Shown in pieces: positions 41,609 through 42,059 of a stretch of DNA of 42,059 nucleotides (position 1 is the first letter of the stretch; each line of letters begins with the position of its first letter). The position numbers were made by a program, and so were the translations under genes. Source of the stretch: an uncultured archaeon (GTDB lineage: Archaea > Aenigmatarchaeota > Aenigmatarchaeia > JACPZZ01); contig CAYZCD010000002.1 in the NCBI GenBank assembly GCA_964476825.1, forward strand, positions 1 to 42,059, read 5' to 3'. A model generated the notes under the pieces. That model had not been told where the DNA came from and made no database searches. It saw only the letters and a program-made list of their open reading frames with translations.

Positions 41609-41663
41609 ATAAAATTTATTTTTCCGGGTTTGCCAATTCTCCCAAACCGAGTTTTGCATTTTT

Positions 41664-42059
41664 TCAGCCGAATAACGGCACACCATAAACACCGTCGTAA
41701 CCTGGCTTAAATTTCAATTTTCCTTCCCGCGACAACATTATCGCATCCACTATTTTTTCGTGCGTAACTGTCTTTAATCGTTCCCGGGGTACATTCATCA
41801 ATACGTTTAACTCCGTGCCGAAATTTGAAATTATTTTGTCGTGCTCCTCCATTACTTTTTTCGAATACAACGCTTTAACACCGGTCACGTGCGAGATTAT
41901 TTCGTATAACGGCAATAATGTCTTAAACGGAATCGCATTTTTGGGAACAAAACCAATTGGTCGGTCGGCTAATTGCTCAACACGACTAAGAACGCCGATT
42001 GTTAATTTCTTCTTGCATCGCGGGCAGATGCCGTTTAATTTCTTCGTCTCCGACGGCTC
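41664..42059 (-). CDS. C-terminal part of a larger protein with a CxxC zinc motif (possibly EndoQ/PHP-associated family), truncated by the window edge
   Basis: The frame stays open to the window end: ...GICPRCKKKLTIGVLSRVEQLADRPIGFVPKNAIPFKTLLPLYEIISHVTG...KPGYDGVYGVPLFG. The M in the track is a TTG, so an internal Leu. Family assignment is from memory. Confidence 0.4.
   Translation of the reverse strand, partial: EPSETKKLNGICPRCKKKLTIGVLSRVEQLADRPIGFVPKNAIPFKTLLPLYEIISHVTGVKALYSKKVMEEHDKIISNFGTELNVLMNVPRERLKTVTHEKIVDAIMLSREGKLKFKPGYDGVYGVPLFG

Noticed and set aside
1-42059. Looked for CRISPR arrays, rRNA, RNase P or SRP RNA, transposases and integrases.
   Set aside because: There are no regularly spaced direct repeats with unique spacers. 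The hairpins are irregularly spaced and differ from each other. No rRNA-like conserved blocks were seen, and no DDE, tyrosine or serine recombinase motifs appear in any ORF.

Overview
This window looks like an archaeal chromosomal segment. Supporting evidence: a Nop5-fibrillarin pair, archaeal-type IleRS and ArgRS, a PIN-ATPase-KH protein, bulge-helix-bulge tRNA introns, no encoded CCA, and AT-rich TATA-like boxes just upstream of ORF starts. The small overlapping genes and many introns suggest a small-genome, DPANN-like lineage, but that is inference. I support about 40 CDS, covering housekeeping enzymes, transporters and a large set of secreted or surface proteins. I also support 8 tRNA genes, folded by hand, of which 5 carry introns; tRNA-Leu has two, including a roughly 141-nt D-loop intron. 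The most unusual signal is a family of at least 13 short hairpins. They share a conserved stem base (CTGAAGC...GCTTC) and outer flank (TAGTT, or AACT in mirror form), while the inner stems differ yet stay complementary. They sit immediately upstream of 6 of the 8 tRNAs, in inverted orientation downstream of some, inside the tRNA-Leu D-loop intron, and as degraded copies in two non-tRNA spacers. The second notable locus has the two ends of a minus-strand tRNA lying about 870 bp apart. They flank an AT-rich LAGLIDADG endonuclease gene and an intact opposite-strand tRNA-Gly. Other points are a GC-richer two-gene island beside tRNA-Ser, a candidate S-layer protein with about 80 N-glycosylation sequons, and a lipobox/CARDB-like surface-protein cluster. 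No CRISPR array, rRNA or transposase was seen.
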